Positions 1-15,733 of a stretch of DNA of 64,000 bases are shown here, piece after piece. Both the position numbers and the translations under genes were made by a program. Under the pieces are notes generated by a model, which searched no databases, was not told the DNA's origin, and was given only the letters and a program-made list of their open reading frames with translations. Each line of letters begins with the position of its first letter. The stretch's first letter is position 1. Source of the stretch: the human T2T-CHM13v2.0 reference genome, Homo sapiens; NCBI RefSeq assembly GCF_009914755.1, contig NC_060925.1; one strand, 5' to 3'.

Positions 1-152
1 GGCTGTGGGTTTAGTGAGCAGCGCAGATTGCAGAGGGCGAGGAGGTTGCAATCACAGCATCAGAGCATGACCCGAAGAACAAAGGAGAGACATTTAAAGA
101 TTTAAAGCAGGCCAGTGACATTACCATGTTTTTATTTTTAAAAGATTACTCT

Positions 153-463
153 GCTGGGTGTGGTGGCTCACACCTTTAATTCTGGCACTTTGGGAGGCCA
201 AGGCGAAAGGATCACTTGAGCTAAGAGTTCAAGACCAGCCTGGGCAACATGGAGAAAGCCCGTCTCTACCAAACAAAATACAAAAAAAACGGTTAGCCAG
301 GTATGGTGATCCACACCTGTAATCCCAGCTATTGGGGGAGGCTGAGGCAAGAAAACCACCTGAACCCGGGGGTGGAGGTTGCAGTGAGCCAAGATCGTGC
401 CACTTCACTCCAGCCTGGGCAACAGAGTGAGATGCTGTCTTAAAAAAAATAAAAATAAAATAA
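153..463 (+). mobile_element. Alu (old, AluJ/S-like)
   Basis: Dimeric Alu with A-rich tail; ATTACTC repeated on both flanks (TSD remnant). Confidence 0.95.
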
Positions 464-843
464 ATTACTCCGTCTGCTCTATAGACAGTAGGTCAGGGGA
501 AAGGAAGAGTGAATGGGGAGAAACCAGGTAGGAAGTACCTTCAAACTCCAAAAGACAGACCGTGGCAATTTGGACTAGAGTGGGAAAGTTGGGCAGCAGA
601 TTTGGAAAGAAACTGACACATTTTAAGTCTATTTTAGGCAGAATTAGAAGACTCTGTGATTATATGGAAGGGAGTATGAGAGGTGATTCTTTGCAAGACA
701 TATTTATGGAAATGGAGAGCCATAGCACTGGAGAAAGGTAGTGACTTCAGTGTGCCATCCAGTACGTAAACGACTCACAGACATCCAAATGGAGACGTCA
801 GGACTCTAAATGGGGAAAATGCTGAAGGCCAACGTCTGGAGCA

Positions 844-1174
844 CAGTCACGCATCACTTAATGACAAGAATATATTCTGAGAGATGTATCATTAAGTGAT
901 TCTGTTACTGTGTGAGCATCATAGAGTGTACTTGCCCAAGCCAAGATGGTATAAGCTGATGCACACCTAGGCTGTGTGGTACAGCCTATTGCTCCTAAGC
1001 TACACATCTTTGCAGCACATTACTGTACGGAATACTGCAGGCAATTGTAGCACAATGGTATTTGTGTGTCTAAACATAGGTAAGGTACAGTAAAAATATG
1101 GTATTACAATCTTATAGAACCATCATCATATACGGGGTCCATCACTGACCAAAACGTTATGTGACGCACAACTG
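844..1174 (+). mobile_element. Tigger3a-like (TcMar-Tigger) non-autonomous DNA transposon
   Basis: Terminal inverted repeats CAGTCACGCATCAC...GTGACGCACAACTG; body matches the recalled Tigger3a/MER7A consensus. Confidence 0.85.
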
Positions 1175-3429
1175 TCATTCTAAATAGAATCTTCTGGGCA
1201 TCCATTATCTAATTCCTCAAAAGCAAACTGTCTTCTATCAAGACTCTCATAGCAAGTCTAGTTCTTTGCTCTTTTGTAACCAGGGAAATGTGATCATCAA
1301 AACACAAACCAACATTTTGTGAAGAAAGGATCTTGAATAAATACGTGTATCTTTGGTGTTTTTTGAAATCGAGACAGTGTCACAACTCAGCCATCATTTT
1401 TCACCCTGACACGACAATTTGATTATACTTTCCTCCCTGCTCATCTTTTTGTTTGTTGTAATCTCTCCACATGAGCAAGTTGATGAGCCTATCGAGGGAG
1501 TATGTGGTCGTTGTGTGATAGCTTCAGCAGGACACACTTACAATTAGGGCCCAATCTAGGAATTATGATGCATGCAAGCATTGCTCTGATAATAAATAGT
1601 ACATGACACTTGCAAAAATAGTTGACCAGAAACCATCTGCTCAGAGCCGCAGTGGAGCAGAAGCCCAGGGCGAGGGGCGGTCCTCAGAGCATGCGCCTGT
1701 TGGCCGAGGAACCCAAAGCCCTTGGAGGCAGAGCAGAAAGGACAAAAACAGGACAGGACAGAGGCAGGCATGAGTTCAAGCCTTCTGAATTCCAGATCAC
1801 TTACCTTGTACACCCCAGCCCCTCCTTTCACTTCATCAAAGCCCAAAAATGAGCTTCCCTCTGTTCAGCAGCCAATCTTGAGGGTCTAAGAACACCCTGG
1901 AGTTGGTTCAACCTGCAGATTCCCACCTTTTCGTCACCCGCGGGATGCTTGGAGTCAGCCACCTGGGGTGCGCTGGGGAGTCTGCACTCACAATGACTGA
2001 AGGTGATTTGGATGCAGTTGATTCTCAGATGTTTGGTCTCGACTTGAGCATCTATTTTTCCTTTGTGATGCTAGTTTTGACTGACTGCCAAGATTTAGAT
2101 GAGCTGTCAAATTCTCTCAGGCCCCCGCTCCTCGGTGCCCCCGTTTACCCCTTTTAATTGATTGGTCTGAAGGTCCCTGGCCTATGGAAACTTTTGACTC
2201 GTCTTTATCCAAGCTCTGACAGGCCTCTCTGTGGGATGAGCAGCTTCTCCAAATGGCCGCAGATCTTTGTTTAGGTGCACCCAGGCTGCTGCAAGTGAAC
2301 CTACAGCCGCGGCGGGGGGCATGGGGGCTGGGCCGTAGGCCAGCTTCACAGGGACAGTGGAACTCAGAAGGGGGCTTCCAAGACCACCTGCTAGTAAGGG
2401 TGGACATCGGGGCAGAAGTGTGACTGCAGGTGGAGGCCGGGGCGGGACAGGAGGTGGGCTGGGGTGTCAGTTGGTACAGGGCGGATGGCTCCCTCCCCCT
2501 AGACTTTCTGCAGGGGGCACCCTGTCCTTCGACGCTCCATGACTTTACCCAGTGACTCCATTACTGCGCCCCACTGACGACAGCATTGACTCATCGCAGA
2601 GACAAAGTAGCTTCTGTTTTGAGTCTCCAGTTTGTGCTGCACAGCCTGGGGGAGAAGCTTTCCAGTCACCTGGGGAGATCGCACGTTGCCTCTGGCCCAG
2701 GGTTGGCCTTGATGTTGTTGCTGGAAGACAAAAGGGCCTTCCGCGACACAGGGGCCAGTGGAGAGCCGTGGTCAGCTTCCGTTCTGGCTCTGGATTTCTA
2801 AGTCCTTTCATTGCTCTTCTCTGGAAAGAGTGACTGTTCTGGGGACATCTGCGTGTCTGAGGTTTTTCCTGCTAGTCAGACTTTCATTTGGAAATGTCAG
2901 CTGGAGCAACTTCCAGGTGCAAGAGTCTGGTTCCCAGGCTGGCTTCTCCCAGGGTGCCTGGGCGTCTGCCTGTGTCTCAGGCACACACAGCTCTGGACAT
3001 ACAGAGGAAACAGCAGGAACTGGCTTCTGTGCATCAATCAGATCCAAACCCTGGTGTAGAGGAAAGGCCACATCCAGGCAGAGAGGACAGGGGCAGGCAG
3101 GCAGTCATGCAGACTAGTCCCCTCAAAGTGCTATTGGGCTGGTGAATGGGCCAGTTGACCACCATCTGAAGTCTGGCCCCCATCTTGCTGCTTCAGGGAC
3201 CAAAAGCCCTTTGGACTGGTGATGTTGACTCACCCTAGCAAAACTCACTAGAAAATAAGAACGGTGTTTTCTTTTTCTTTTCTTTTTTTTTTAGAATGAG
3301 AAATTTAACTGTCAGGTGGACCAGATGTTCACATCGGCCTGACACTTTCCCTCCCTGTGGGCAAGCTATATGGGGAGCTAAATACGGAAATGCCTTTTGG
3401 AGGGAATGGAACTAGAGAACAGAGAGCTA

Positions 3430-3978
3430 TGTTTTAAGGGAACCTGGGATTTGTTTTACTTAGGGATGGTGAGACACACAGAAATGGAAATGACTGTCAT
3501 GAAGGAAAAAGTTCATACAGGTCCTTAGAAACAGGAAGCACAGCACGCAGGGCCAAGCGGGAAGCACCAGGGTCGGTCCGAAAGCAGAGCAGGAAGGAGG
3601 GAAGTGTGAGCGGGAGCCTTTATTGTTGTTTCCAAGGGAAGGAGAGGGTAAGACAACGTAAGCTGGCTTAGGATGGGCTAGTTTGAATATTTCAGGACTC
3701 TGGGTTGTAGGAGCTGTTCCTGGTTGTCTGGTACCTGGCCCTGGGATGATTAGGGTAGGGGATAGTGGTCCACAGTGTGAGAGCCCCACAGAGGGGGTGG
3801 TTGGGAGTGTGGGCTCTGGATGGGTTGGTTTGTATTTGAAAGGCATGATTGTGGGTGAGTTGTTATCTATCCCCAGAAATTGACGAACCCTAAAAGGGGC
3901 AGTCCCTCCAGGATCAGCAAGAACCCCAGATGTCAAAGCATCAAAAATACAGAATAAAAAGACACAAGGGATTCATAC
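3430..3978 (-). mobile_element. MER74A-like solo LTR (ERVL)
   Basis: Minus strand begins TGTAT...TTGATGCTTTGACATCTGGGG, has an internal AATAAAGGCTC and ends ...AAAACA; matches the recalled MER74A consensus. Confidence 0.8.
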
Positions 3979-5282
3979 AATACATAACTTCTGTATTTAT
4001 ATGCATATATGAAAGATTTGAATGTTAAAAGAGTCAATGAGTTCATTCCACAAACACTCATCAAATACCTACATTGCATGAGGCCCTGTGAACAAGTTAG
4101 ATACATTGTTCCTGCTTTCTTGGAGCTCAGAGTTTAGCATCAGTCTCCAAAATCCCAGGAAGTCTCACCTTCAAAATAAGGATATACCTGACAGGTGGAT
4201 CAGACGCACTGTTGCCAAGCAGAGCCCTTCCTGATGAGCACTGCCCATGTGTGACTGTCTCTCCTTCCTCCAGCTTTCCATTCTCGTTCATCCATTTCTG
4301 AAGGACATAGTCCTTGCTTACATGGGTTGATACAACCAATTAAGTCGTAGACCACCCTTTCTGGCCTGGTAGGCTTTCGAGTTCTTTGAGTGACTTTCCT
4401 ATCTCAGTTCTGATCGGTCTTGCGCCAATTTCATGGTTTCAAGGACATTTTTACAAGAACTGTCTTCAGGCTGGTTTCACACATCCTAAGAAAGAAAAAT
4501 TGGGAAACTGATTGCAATGTATGGTTTCTTAGGTGAAGATGTCGCAGAATCACACCGATTCCCACTGTCCCAGGGAGTAAATCCTCATCACTCTCCCCAA
4601 GTATGGCTTTCTGAGGGTACAAGAGAGAGACACTGGAATAAAATCTCCATCTCCAGCCACTGTGGATTTGGAGCCTATCCCGGGGAGGCTGTGTGTCTTC
4701 AAGAACCTCTGACAGACACATTTTTTATATACACAGCCCCATTATCTAAAGAGAGGGCCAACATTAGCACAGTGCAATATGAAGATTATTTTAGCCTTTG
4801 TCATCTCACAGATCCAGTTCTACAAGGTGGTTTTTAGGTATTTTGTAGCTCAAAATACAGTTTTCCCTAAGAACACTGTTATAAAATATGGGCTCCCAGG
4901 CTGGTTCCCCAGAAACTACTTTACTTTCCCAAGGAAATCCAAATTTGGAGGTGAGAATCTTAAGCAAGAAGTATGCAATTACCTGAGATGAAAATCCCAG
5001 TACAGAGCCAAGCAGCCAGGGGAGTGAGGCCATCAGTACAGAAACATCCAGGACCACATCAGGGAAGGCCCCTGGATCACACAGTGAGGAGGTGTCACCA
5101 CGTGCCACTATCTGCAAACTGGGAGTCTGATGATGTAAAAACATGAAACACGGGTATCTTCCATGGGGCCAGTCCTACCACAAGGAGGCAAGTCTTGTTT
5201 TTAGCACTTACCATCAATATTCCCCATCAGCATCACAGTATTCTTCCCTGGGCTCTCCACTCCCTGCTAAATATCCGTTATC

Positions 5283-5737
5283 GTGTCAGCTAGGATTGCA
5301 TTTGGGCTGTACAAGACAGAAAATCTCAGATAAGCTTAAATAACACAATAAGACTTCTTTCTCCCCCATGTAAAAAAGCAATTATCGTGGCCAGAAGTGC
5401 AGAGCAATCATGGTTCCAGGAAATCCACCAGCCCCCAGACTCCTCTTCTATCCAGAGCTTGCGACCCTCGTTCCCATCTTCCAGGGAAGTCACCGCAGCT
5501 CTGGCCATCAGCAGGGTGCCCTGGGCAGCAGGAGGAGTGGCAAGAACAAAGGTACCCTCTTCTCCCAGGTGGTCCACTCTTTCTATTTATGTCTCATTGG
5601 CCACAACTAACAACAAGAGAACGTTGGAGATAATCTTTTAGCTGAGCACCTTGTCCACCAAGTCCAATTAGGGCTCTGTCACTTAGGAGGAAGGAGAGAA
5701 TGGTTGTTGATGTGGACAACCAGTAGTCTCTGCCACA
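5283..5737 (-). mobile_element. MLT1J/K-like LTR (ERVL-MaLR)
   Basis: Minus strand starts TGTGGCAGAGACTACTGGTTGTCC, typical of old MLT1 LTRs. Confidence 0.65.
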
Positions 5738-5766
5738 GGGAACATGTGAGTACGATTTCTTATGTT

Positions 5767-6062
5767 GGCCGGGTGTGGTGGCTCACATCTCTCATCCCAG
5801 CACTTTGGGAGGCCGAGGCAGGTGGATCACGAGGTCAGGAGTTCAAGACCAGCCTGGCCAAGAGGTGAAATCCCGTCTCTACTAAAAATATAAAAATTAG
5901 CCGGGTGTTGGTGGCAGGTGCCTGTAATCCCAGCTACTTGGGAGGCTGAGGCAGAGAACTGCTTGAACCTGGGAGACAGAGGTTGCAGTGATCCAAGATC
6001 GTGCCATTGCACTCCAGCCTGGGCGACAGAGCGAGACTCCGTCTCAAAAAAAAAGAAAAAAA
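5767..6062 (+). mobile_element. AluS
   Basis: Full dimeric Alu; TTATGTT on both flanks. Confidence 0.96.
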
Positions 6063-6109
6063 TTATTATGTTAATGTCATCAGCCACAGCTGGGGTAAGA
6101 GTAACAGCT

Positions 6110-6300
6110 ACCATTTATTACTTACTCTGCTTGTACAGGGTACAAAACTAAGCATTTCAAATACATTCTTTTTTAATTCTCATAGGGATTCTATGAATCA
6201 GGCAATTATGATCCCAGGTTAGTGATGTGGAAACTGGGGCCCATAGTACACACCAGTAGATGGTAGAGCTGGGATGTGAATTCCGTGAATCTCACCTTCT
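6110..6300 (-). mobile_element. MIR
   Basis: MIR core-like motif (gatgtggaaactggggccca...agagctgggatgtgaa). Confidence 0.55.
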
Positions 6301-7749
6301 CTGAGACCTGTGAATATCTATAACTGTGATGGCGGCAGCCATTGTGTTTCCCAAGATTCGGGCCTGCCTGTGCAGGACGGGGGCTGTCGTGGCTGGTGGC
6401 AGGAGATGTGCGAGCTTCCTATGGCTGAACGTGGGCGTCACCTTGTTCCACCCTTGACTGGAGCTTGCCTTCCTGCCGGGGCAGGGCTCAGTGGAGAATC
6501 TGACTCTCTGCAATCCCCTTGCCATGGTTTGGCTCTCATGGGCTCACATGGTGCCAGCTTGTCAATCCTGTTTTCTTTCTGTGTCTGCCATTGGTGGTTC
6601 CAATTACATCGTTCTTGTCCTGGGCAGAGAAAAGGACACGAACAGCAGCCCCTGCCAAATTAGAAATGTGCTGCTTTGCTAGCAGAGGTCATAGATCAGA
6701 GCCAAAAATGGTGAACAGGAAACGGAGCTGGGGTGGAGACCAGGAGGGGAGCCCATAGACGGGGGATGCCACGTCTTTGGTTATAATGTTCACACACCAG
6801 CACAACACCTAGTGAGGGAGTCCAAGGTGGTGTTGGAGGTGACCTAATCCAACATCAGCCCTGGCCAATGGGTGAAATTATTATGACTATACCTACCTTG
6901 CAGACAGGAGCCTCAGATCAAAGAGATGCAGTCACTTACAGAAATCCATTCAAGTTAAAACGTGTGGGCTGGATTATTTCTACCACTCCAGAGATCAGGA
7001 GCAAGATCCGGAGTGAGGATCAGAGCCAAGCCTGGGGTCATAGAGGCGCAAACCCACTAGTGCAGCAAAGTAGAAACCAACAGAGAAGGTCAGTTCACAA
7101 GTTGGTTTACCTCTGTATTCTCCAGAATACCCAGCCCAGGCCTAGGCACTTAGAATACAATGGATATTGTGTTCTAATCACACCATTTTTCTGTGACCTT
7201 TGGCTTCACTGAGCTTTCACTGATCTTCATTGCCAAATGGAAAAGGAGTGAGTCAGCCTTCCTTTCCCCCGCCCCCCCGACAATGTTAACACAATGATCC
7301 TAAGAGACTCAAATAAAAGCTATGAGCCTGCTGGGAAATTATACCCAATGAGCTCTTACAACTGGCCAGACATTTGAAATACAGTCTCTAATTTCATCCT
7401 CAGCAGAACATCATGAATTTTATATGATTATATAAACTTTACCAATGAAGGGCCAGTAGCTCTGAAAGGTTAAGCAATTTGTCTAAAGACACATAGCAGA
7501 ATTCGACTCAAAATAGTTTTTACACTAAAGTCCACATATTTCTCTTTTTTCCTCTTTCCCTTATTATTATTTTCCTTATTATTATTAAAATAATAATGCT
7601 AAAATAATAGCATTATTATTTTAGTTCACAACAAACCTTGACTGAGCATCTAGCATATTCTAAGCACTGTAGATACAGTGGTCAATAAGATACAATCCCT
7701 CCCCTTAAAATAAGATTGCTTATGGATTCATGCAAAGAAGAATAGCTTG

Positions 7750-7910
7750 CGCAGGGCGTGGTGACTCACATTTGTAGTCCCAGCCCTTTGGGATACCCGG
7801 GGGGAGGATTGCTTGAGTCCAGGAGTTCAAGGCTGCAGTGAGCTATGATGGTTCCACTGCACTCCAGCCTGGGTGACAGAGTGAGACCCTGTCTCAAAAA
7901 AAAAAAAAAA
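7750..7910 (+). mobile_element. Alu monomer (FRAM/FAM-like)
   Basis: Single right-arm-type monomer with poly-A; flanks aatagctt/aatagttt. Confidence 0.85.
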
Positions 7911-10249
7911 TAGTTTAAGTAAACATGATACAGTTTTATGAGTGCTGGCCAATGTGTGATCAAGCATGACGGTCTCTGGAAGTTCTCCCTTCACTAAAGG
8001 GAGAACTTACAAGACCCATGAGTAAAAACAAGCAGCAAATCCCCGTGCCTCTTGTAGGGTGCAGGGCCAGTTTACAGGCTGGATTTTGCAGACAGAAGGT
8101 TGATCTGAAGTGAATATGTTTGCACAGTTGCCTTGGAAAGGTGCCTGGGGCACTGGCTCTGCCCGGAGCTGGCTGGTGGAAGGAAGAGCGTGCACAAGCT
8201 CCCTGTCCCTTCCTTTCCACAGCCTCTGCTGTCTTGTCAAACCACACAGCCAGCCTGTGAGGAGGACGGGGGGACACATCAGGGAGCCTGAGGCCTCACC
8301 TGAGGGCCCGCTGCTCCTGCTAACCCGAGTCAGGTACACTTGGCCTGCACAGCCTCTGAAACCTGAGAACTGCAAAGTCAAAGCAGCTTATGTCGAGAAG
8401 ATTCCTTTTTGCTTCTCAAAGGAATAGCAGGGCTGTCTTTGACTCCTCTGTTGGGCTCCAGGCCCAAGGGTGAGGCCCAGCTCCTTCAGGGACCAGGCAG
8501 GGGGCTGTCTGTGGGAACCACTTTTCCAGAGGCCCTGCTGGGCTTCCCAGGGAAGGCAGCCTACCTGAGTGCTCCCAGGAGCCGGCATTTACTCCCAGCC
8601 AGGGCCTGGTAGGGAGGGGCGACAGTATCTGTGCAGTTGTTATTCCTTGAGGCATTTCCCATCGTTTCAAACGTTACCCAGGGTGTTCTTTTACAGAACA
8701 AATAGCAACTGGTCTCATACGTGAGCTGGGGAGGGCAGTTGAGAAGGAAATCTGAGTCAGGGTTTTAGCTCACAAAATTAAACTGGAAGAAATCATCAGC
8801 TTGTTGCCAAGCCATTTTATCGAGCCCAAGACCTAGTTGCTAAGTGGCCGGACCCATGGAGCTTTGCCACCTCCTCTCCCCGCTCCTCCCTCTTTATGCA
8901 GTGGCCACTCTCACGACCCCTCAGAGCTCCGTGGAGACTCTGACAACAAGGAAGTCAACTCCCAGCCTGGGAATGAGCACTGGGGAGAGGGGGTAGCGGG
9001 GAGGGTTGTAGGAGACAATGTACAGCCAGGAGGGACGCACAGGACAAACCAGATAGTACCAAGGGGATGGTCATTCCATCTCCCAGCTGCCCAGGCTGAC
9101 TCTGCAATGTGGGAGGCTCCTAGGGACAGCTGCACTCTTGTAGGGGCTGGGACCTTGGAGAGTTGGGCTCCGTTTGCCCCTCTCAGCCTTGCTTTTGGAA
9201 GATTGTTCCCTTTTTCAGACTTGGCCACATTCATCTGTCCCAGGGGCCAGCCATGTCTTTAGGTGGATGAACAAGACCTTGAAAGGGAACCACTTTGAAG
9301 GGAAGAAGAAACGGCCAATTTCGAGCCATCAATAGGACAACAATTGGCTTGCAAAAGTTCCAAATATTTATTAGTTGGCACATAGAGGGAGAGGCAGGCA
9401 CCCAGGGCATTGTGGTGAGATTCACAGTTCCTTCCTGGAGGAGAAAGTGGATCTGTCATGGTAAACAGCAGGGTCAGCCTTTTGGCCATGTAACCACTGC
9501 AACAGCACAGGGGTTTCATGCCGTGTGGTTGCAGGCCTGCAATTCGTAATGATTGTCGTTTAGGACCTGTGTTTTGTGAGTGAAAGCTCATGGAACCGTG
9601 CAGCATGCACAGGGGCTTGCTTGGCCCCCTGTGGTCCTTCTGCTGCTGCCTCCCTGGGATGCCTCCTCTGGTGCTGGCTCCCCTGTTCCCTGGCACCATG
9701 TCCCATTTGGCTTCCCTTTTCCCCTCTCTCCCAGCAACCTTGGCCATCTTCCTGCCCAGTGGGGGCCTGAGGCAGGTGTGGGGACAGGAAAGGCTGGCAG
9801 ACATGTTCCATATACCTTGGCCCAGGACATGGAGGTGTCTGTCCCCAGTTCAAGATGGTAGCTGCTGGTGACCCAGCACAGGGAAGCTTCTGGTTTACCC
9901 CTTATCCAGAAAGTGATCTTGGTCTTGGCCCACAGGTGTCATCCCTTGGGAGGAACCATGAACTGGAGTTCTGGTCCTATGGGAAGGGGAGAGTTCCTGC
10001 CTTGCCCCAGCTCAGGGATGGTACGTCAATGTGATGGCTGGGAGAAGGGCGCCCCCTCCTAGTAGCAGGATGGGGTCCACAGGAGCCTGAGATGATCTGT
10101 GCCCACAGGGCGACATCCCTGTCTCCATGAAGAAGATTTTAATGTCTTCTAATGTCTTAATTGGCTATTTAATAGCCAATTAAAAAAAAACCACCATGGC
10201 AAGTAAAGAGAAAAAGAGAGAGACAGAGGGAGAGAGGAAATGATCTGTA

Positions 10250-10345
10250 TCGTAGTATCTATAACAGCACTCATTTTCTGCTTTTTGAGCAAGGAGCCCT
10301 GAATTTTCACTTCACACTGGGCTACAAATTATGCAGCTGGCCCTG
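10250..10345 (+). mobile_element. MER45-family (hAT-Tip100) 3' end
   Basis: ttttgagcaaggagccctgaattttcacttcacactgggctacaaattatgcagctggccctg resembles the recalled MER45 terminus. Confidence 0.6.
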
Positions 10346-11029
10346 GTGAGCACGGCCTTGGGGACCTTGACCAACAAAGCTGGCCTTGCCACTTCATCTT
10401 ATTCTCTTTTAACAAAATGGTTATAGTCAAACTATGCACTCAGAGCAGCAGCCAGCCAACCCTGGTGACTGACCTGGTGCCTAGTGGAAAGCACAGACAC
10501 GCTTCCTTCCCAGATTTAGTCCTGTCTCCAGAAGTTGCCTGGGAGATGCTTCAGGGAGCAGAAACACTGCAGTGAACATTGGCCAATGGCTTCTTTCAAG
10601 ATGATCATTTCAAGTCGAGACCCTGATTTTGCTTTCTGAATGGAGGTTGGTAGAGAGGCAAAGGGCTAAACTCCTTCAAGTAGTGGGTAAGAAGGTTCTA
10701 CACCAACTGCCTGAGCTCAGCCATGGTGGAGCGGGGAGGCACCCATCATGGGCCAGAATCAAGCACAACTCTTACTTGTAATATCTCCTGGATTATCAGC
10801 AGCAGTGGAAGACGAGGGAGTAGGGGAGACAGAGTAGATAAACAATGCTTTGATCTGAGTCCATAAAAATGCATGGAATCTTTCAGGCTGAACTTCTTTC
10901 CTTTCTTTCTCTTTTAATGGACCTCAGGTGCACAGCATTGACTTGACCACACTCCTACATTCAAAGCAAACTTAGACCCATGAAAAGCCCTTCTTTTGCC
11001 TTCTTTTATTTTACTTTTCTCCTCTTTAG

Positions 11030-12420
<1,391 letters not shown>

Positions 12421-12445
12421 GGAGTACTGGATTGGGTTTCTATGA

Positions 12446-13044
<599 letters not shown>

Positions 13045-13444
13045 TAATCAGGAGCTTGGCAAGGAAGGAAGGATGTGTCACAGCGCCCTGGTGCCGGCAG
13101 CGTGGTATGGGGGTGGCTGGGTTGGGGGAATGGATAGTTCAGGAGACCACTCAGGAGTTGGGTGCTGTGTTCAGGTGGGCACTGGTGAGGGCTTGAAAGA
13201 AAGGATGAAAGCTGGAGGACACAATTTCATGGTATTTGGGAAGTGAGAGCACCACCACCACCAACAGTGTATCTTGGCAATGAACTCGACGCAGACAGTG
13301 AGGGAGAGGCCGTAACCTAGGCTGACTCAGAGATTCCTGGGCAGGGCACCTGGTAGATGGCTGTCACCCACCGCTATGGAATGAGAACGCAGAACATGAA
13401 CCGTTTTGGAAGTGGGTGGAGGATATTGCTGGGTTTCTGTCTTG

Positions 13445-13800
13445 GTCTGTCTGGTTGAGCTGCTGTCACAAATGTGCCAAAGCCCGAGTGGCTTAAGCAA
13501 CACACATTTATTGCTCACAGTTCTGGGGGCTGGACATCCCAAGTCAAGGTGCAGCAGATCTGGTGTCGGGTGGGGGTGCACTTCCTGGTTTACAGAGGGC
13601 ATCTTCTTACTGCGTCCTTATATGGCATAGAGAGCAAGCCCTTGGCTCTTCATCCCTTTATGGGGAACCACTCCCATCACGAGGGATCTAGTCCCACGAC
13701 CTCATCCAAACACAATTGCCTCCCAAAGGCCCTGCCTCCAAATGCCACTACATTAGGGCCTTAATGTACGAATTTGGGGGTGGGGAGAAGAAGCCTTCAG
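13445..13800 (-). mobile_element. MLT1A/B-like LTR (ERVL-MaLR)
   Basis: gtggcttaagcaacacacatttattgctcacagttctgggggctgg...caaggtg is the typical MLT1 antisense signature. Confidence 0.8.
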
Positions 13801-14124
13801 TCCCGGGCAGTGTCCTACCTAGCACAGATTCTCTCCTCCAAGCACTGATTCTCTCCTACTTAGCACGGATTCTCTTCTACCCTTCAGAACAGTCCTCACA
13901 TTCTAGTCTGGGTAGTCACCTTGTCCACTATGCTCCCTATGCTTTGGGGAAGCTGACTCCAGGTCTAAGTTTCAAGGGGGCCTCTGAGAGTCTTAAGTGA
14001 ATCCTCCATCCTTGCCTGCTGTGATGAGCTCATGAGGGTGTGGTCTAAGTCGGCGCAATCAGAGAAGACCTTAGGACTTCTGCTTGACTCTTGAAGCAGA
14101 AACATGGGCTCATTCTCATGCTCT

Positions 14125-14285
14125 GTTATCTCTTCCTGTCCTTTTCTCTCTGTCTCTCCTCCCTCTCCCTTCTTCTCTCTCCTCCCCTCTCTCTCCCCAC
14201 CCCCACCTCTCTGTCTTTCTGTCTCTGTGTTTTCTCTCTCCTTCTCTGTCTTTTTTTTTTTCTCTTCTCTCTTCTCTCTCTCTCT
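14125..14285. repeat. CT-rich low-complexity polypyrimidine tract
   Basis: ~160 nt that are almost entirely C/T. Confidence 0.9.
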
Positions 14286-15015
14286 GGAGGTGGAGAAGAA
14301 AGGAGGCCCATCCTGGATAGCCATCCTGGGAGCAGGCAGAGAGCCAGCCTGAGGATGAGGCTGAGGTCATCGAAGACACAACAGATAAGTGGCAGAAACC
14401 AGGGCTTTGGGGGCATGATTATCCTACCAGAGGAAACCAGCTCTGAAGCCTGCTGATCTCCAGTTCCTGTTCTGTAAGCCAAAAATCCCCCTTAGAATTC
14501 AAATTTATTTGAACTGAGTGTCTGTTAATTGCTACTGGAAGCATACTGTCTGACACAGAAGAGGAGAATTCTGGTTTTGAAATAATGAGCATGAACTGGG
14601 ACACTGAAGTAGAGACAGTGGTCCAGGTAATACAAAATTTCCACGACAGAGGGAAGAGAAGCATGCCAACTCTTGCCAGCAGACGGTGGTTTGTACAAGT
14701 GGCTTCAAAACCTTAGGAGCAGGCTGCAGGAGTGACTCCTGGAGCAAGTCCACAGAGCCAGTGTAGAAAAGGAGGTGCAGGGTACCCCAGTCAGGGAGCT
14801 GGAGTCACGCAGCCCACCTGACCACTGGCTCCAGCGTCTCCACCCTTAGCTATGATTCAGGGACCATGGGGTCCAGCATCCTGCCTGCCACACCTACAGC
14901 AACCAGTGGATACTTCCTGCACTGCTACCTTTTGCCCACATGACTGAGCTCCGAATTGCATTGCGTGGGGACTGATTGGTAGCATTTAAGTTGTATCTGC
15001 AACTCTCGCTGCTGA

Positions 15016-15733
<718 letters not shown>

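Noticed and set aside
1850-2116. Apparent continuation of a decayed minus-strand frame
   Set aside because: About six stops in ~90 codons, no better than random.
3460-3936. 158-aa minus-strand ORF
   Set aside because: It lies wholly within the MER74-like LTR and has no recognisable protein features.
8837-9871. Dense overlapping ORFs on both strands
   Set aside because: GC-rich, CpG-poor intergenic DNA with no consistent splice structure or recognisable domain.
13965-14482. Cluster of K/E/R-rich and S/L/F-rich ORFs
   Set aside because: Artefact of the CT-rich low-complexity tract.
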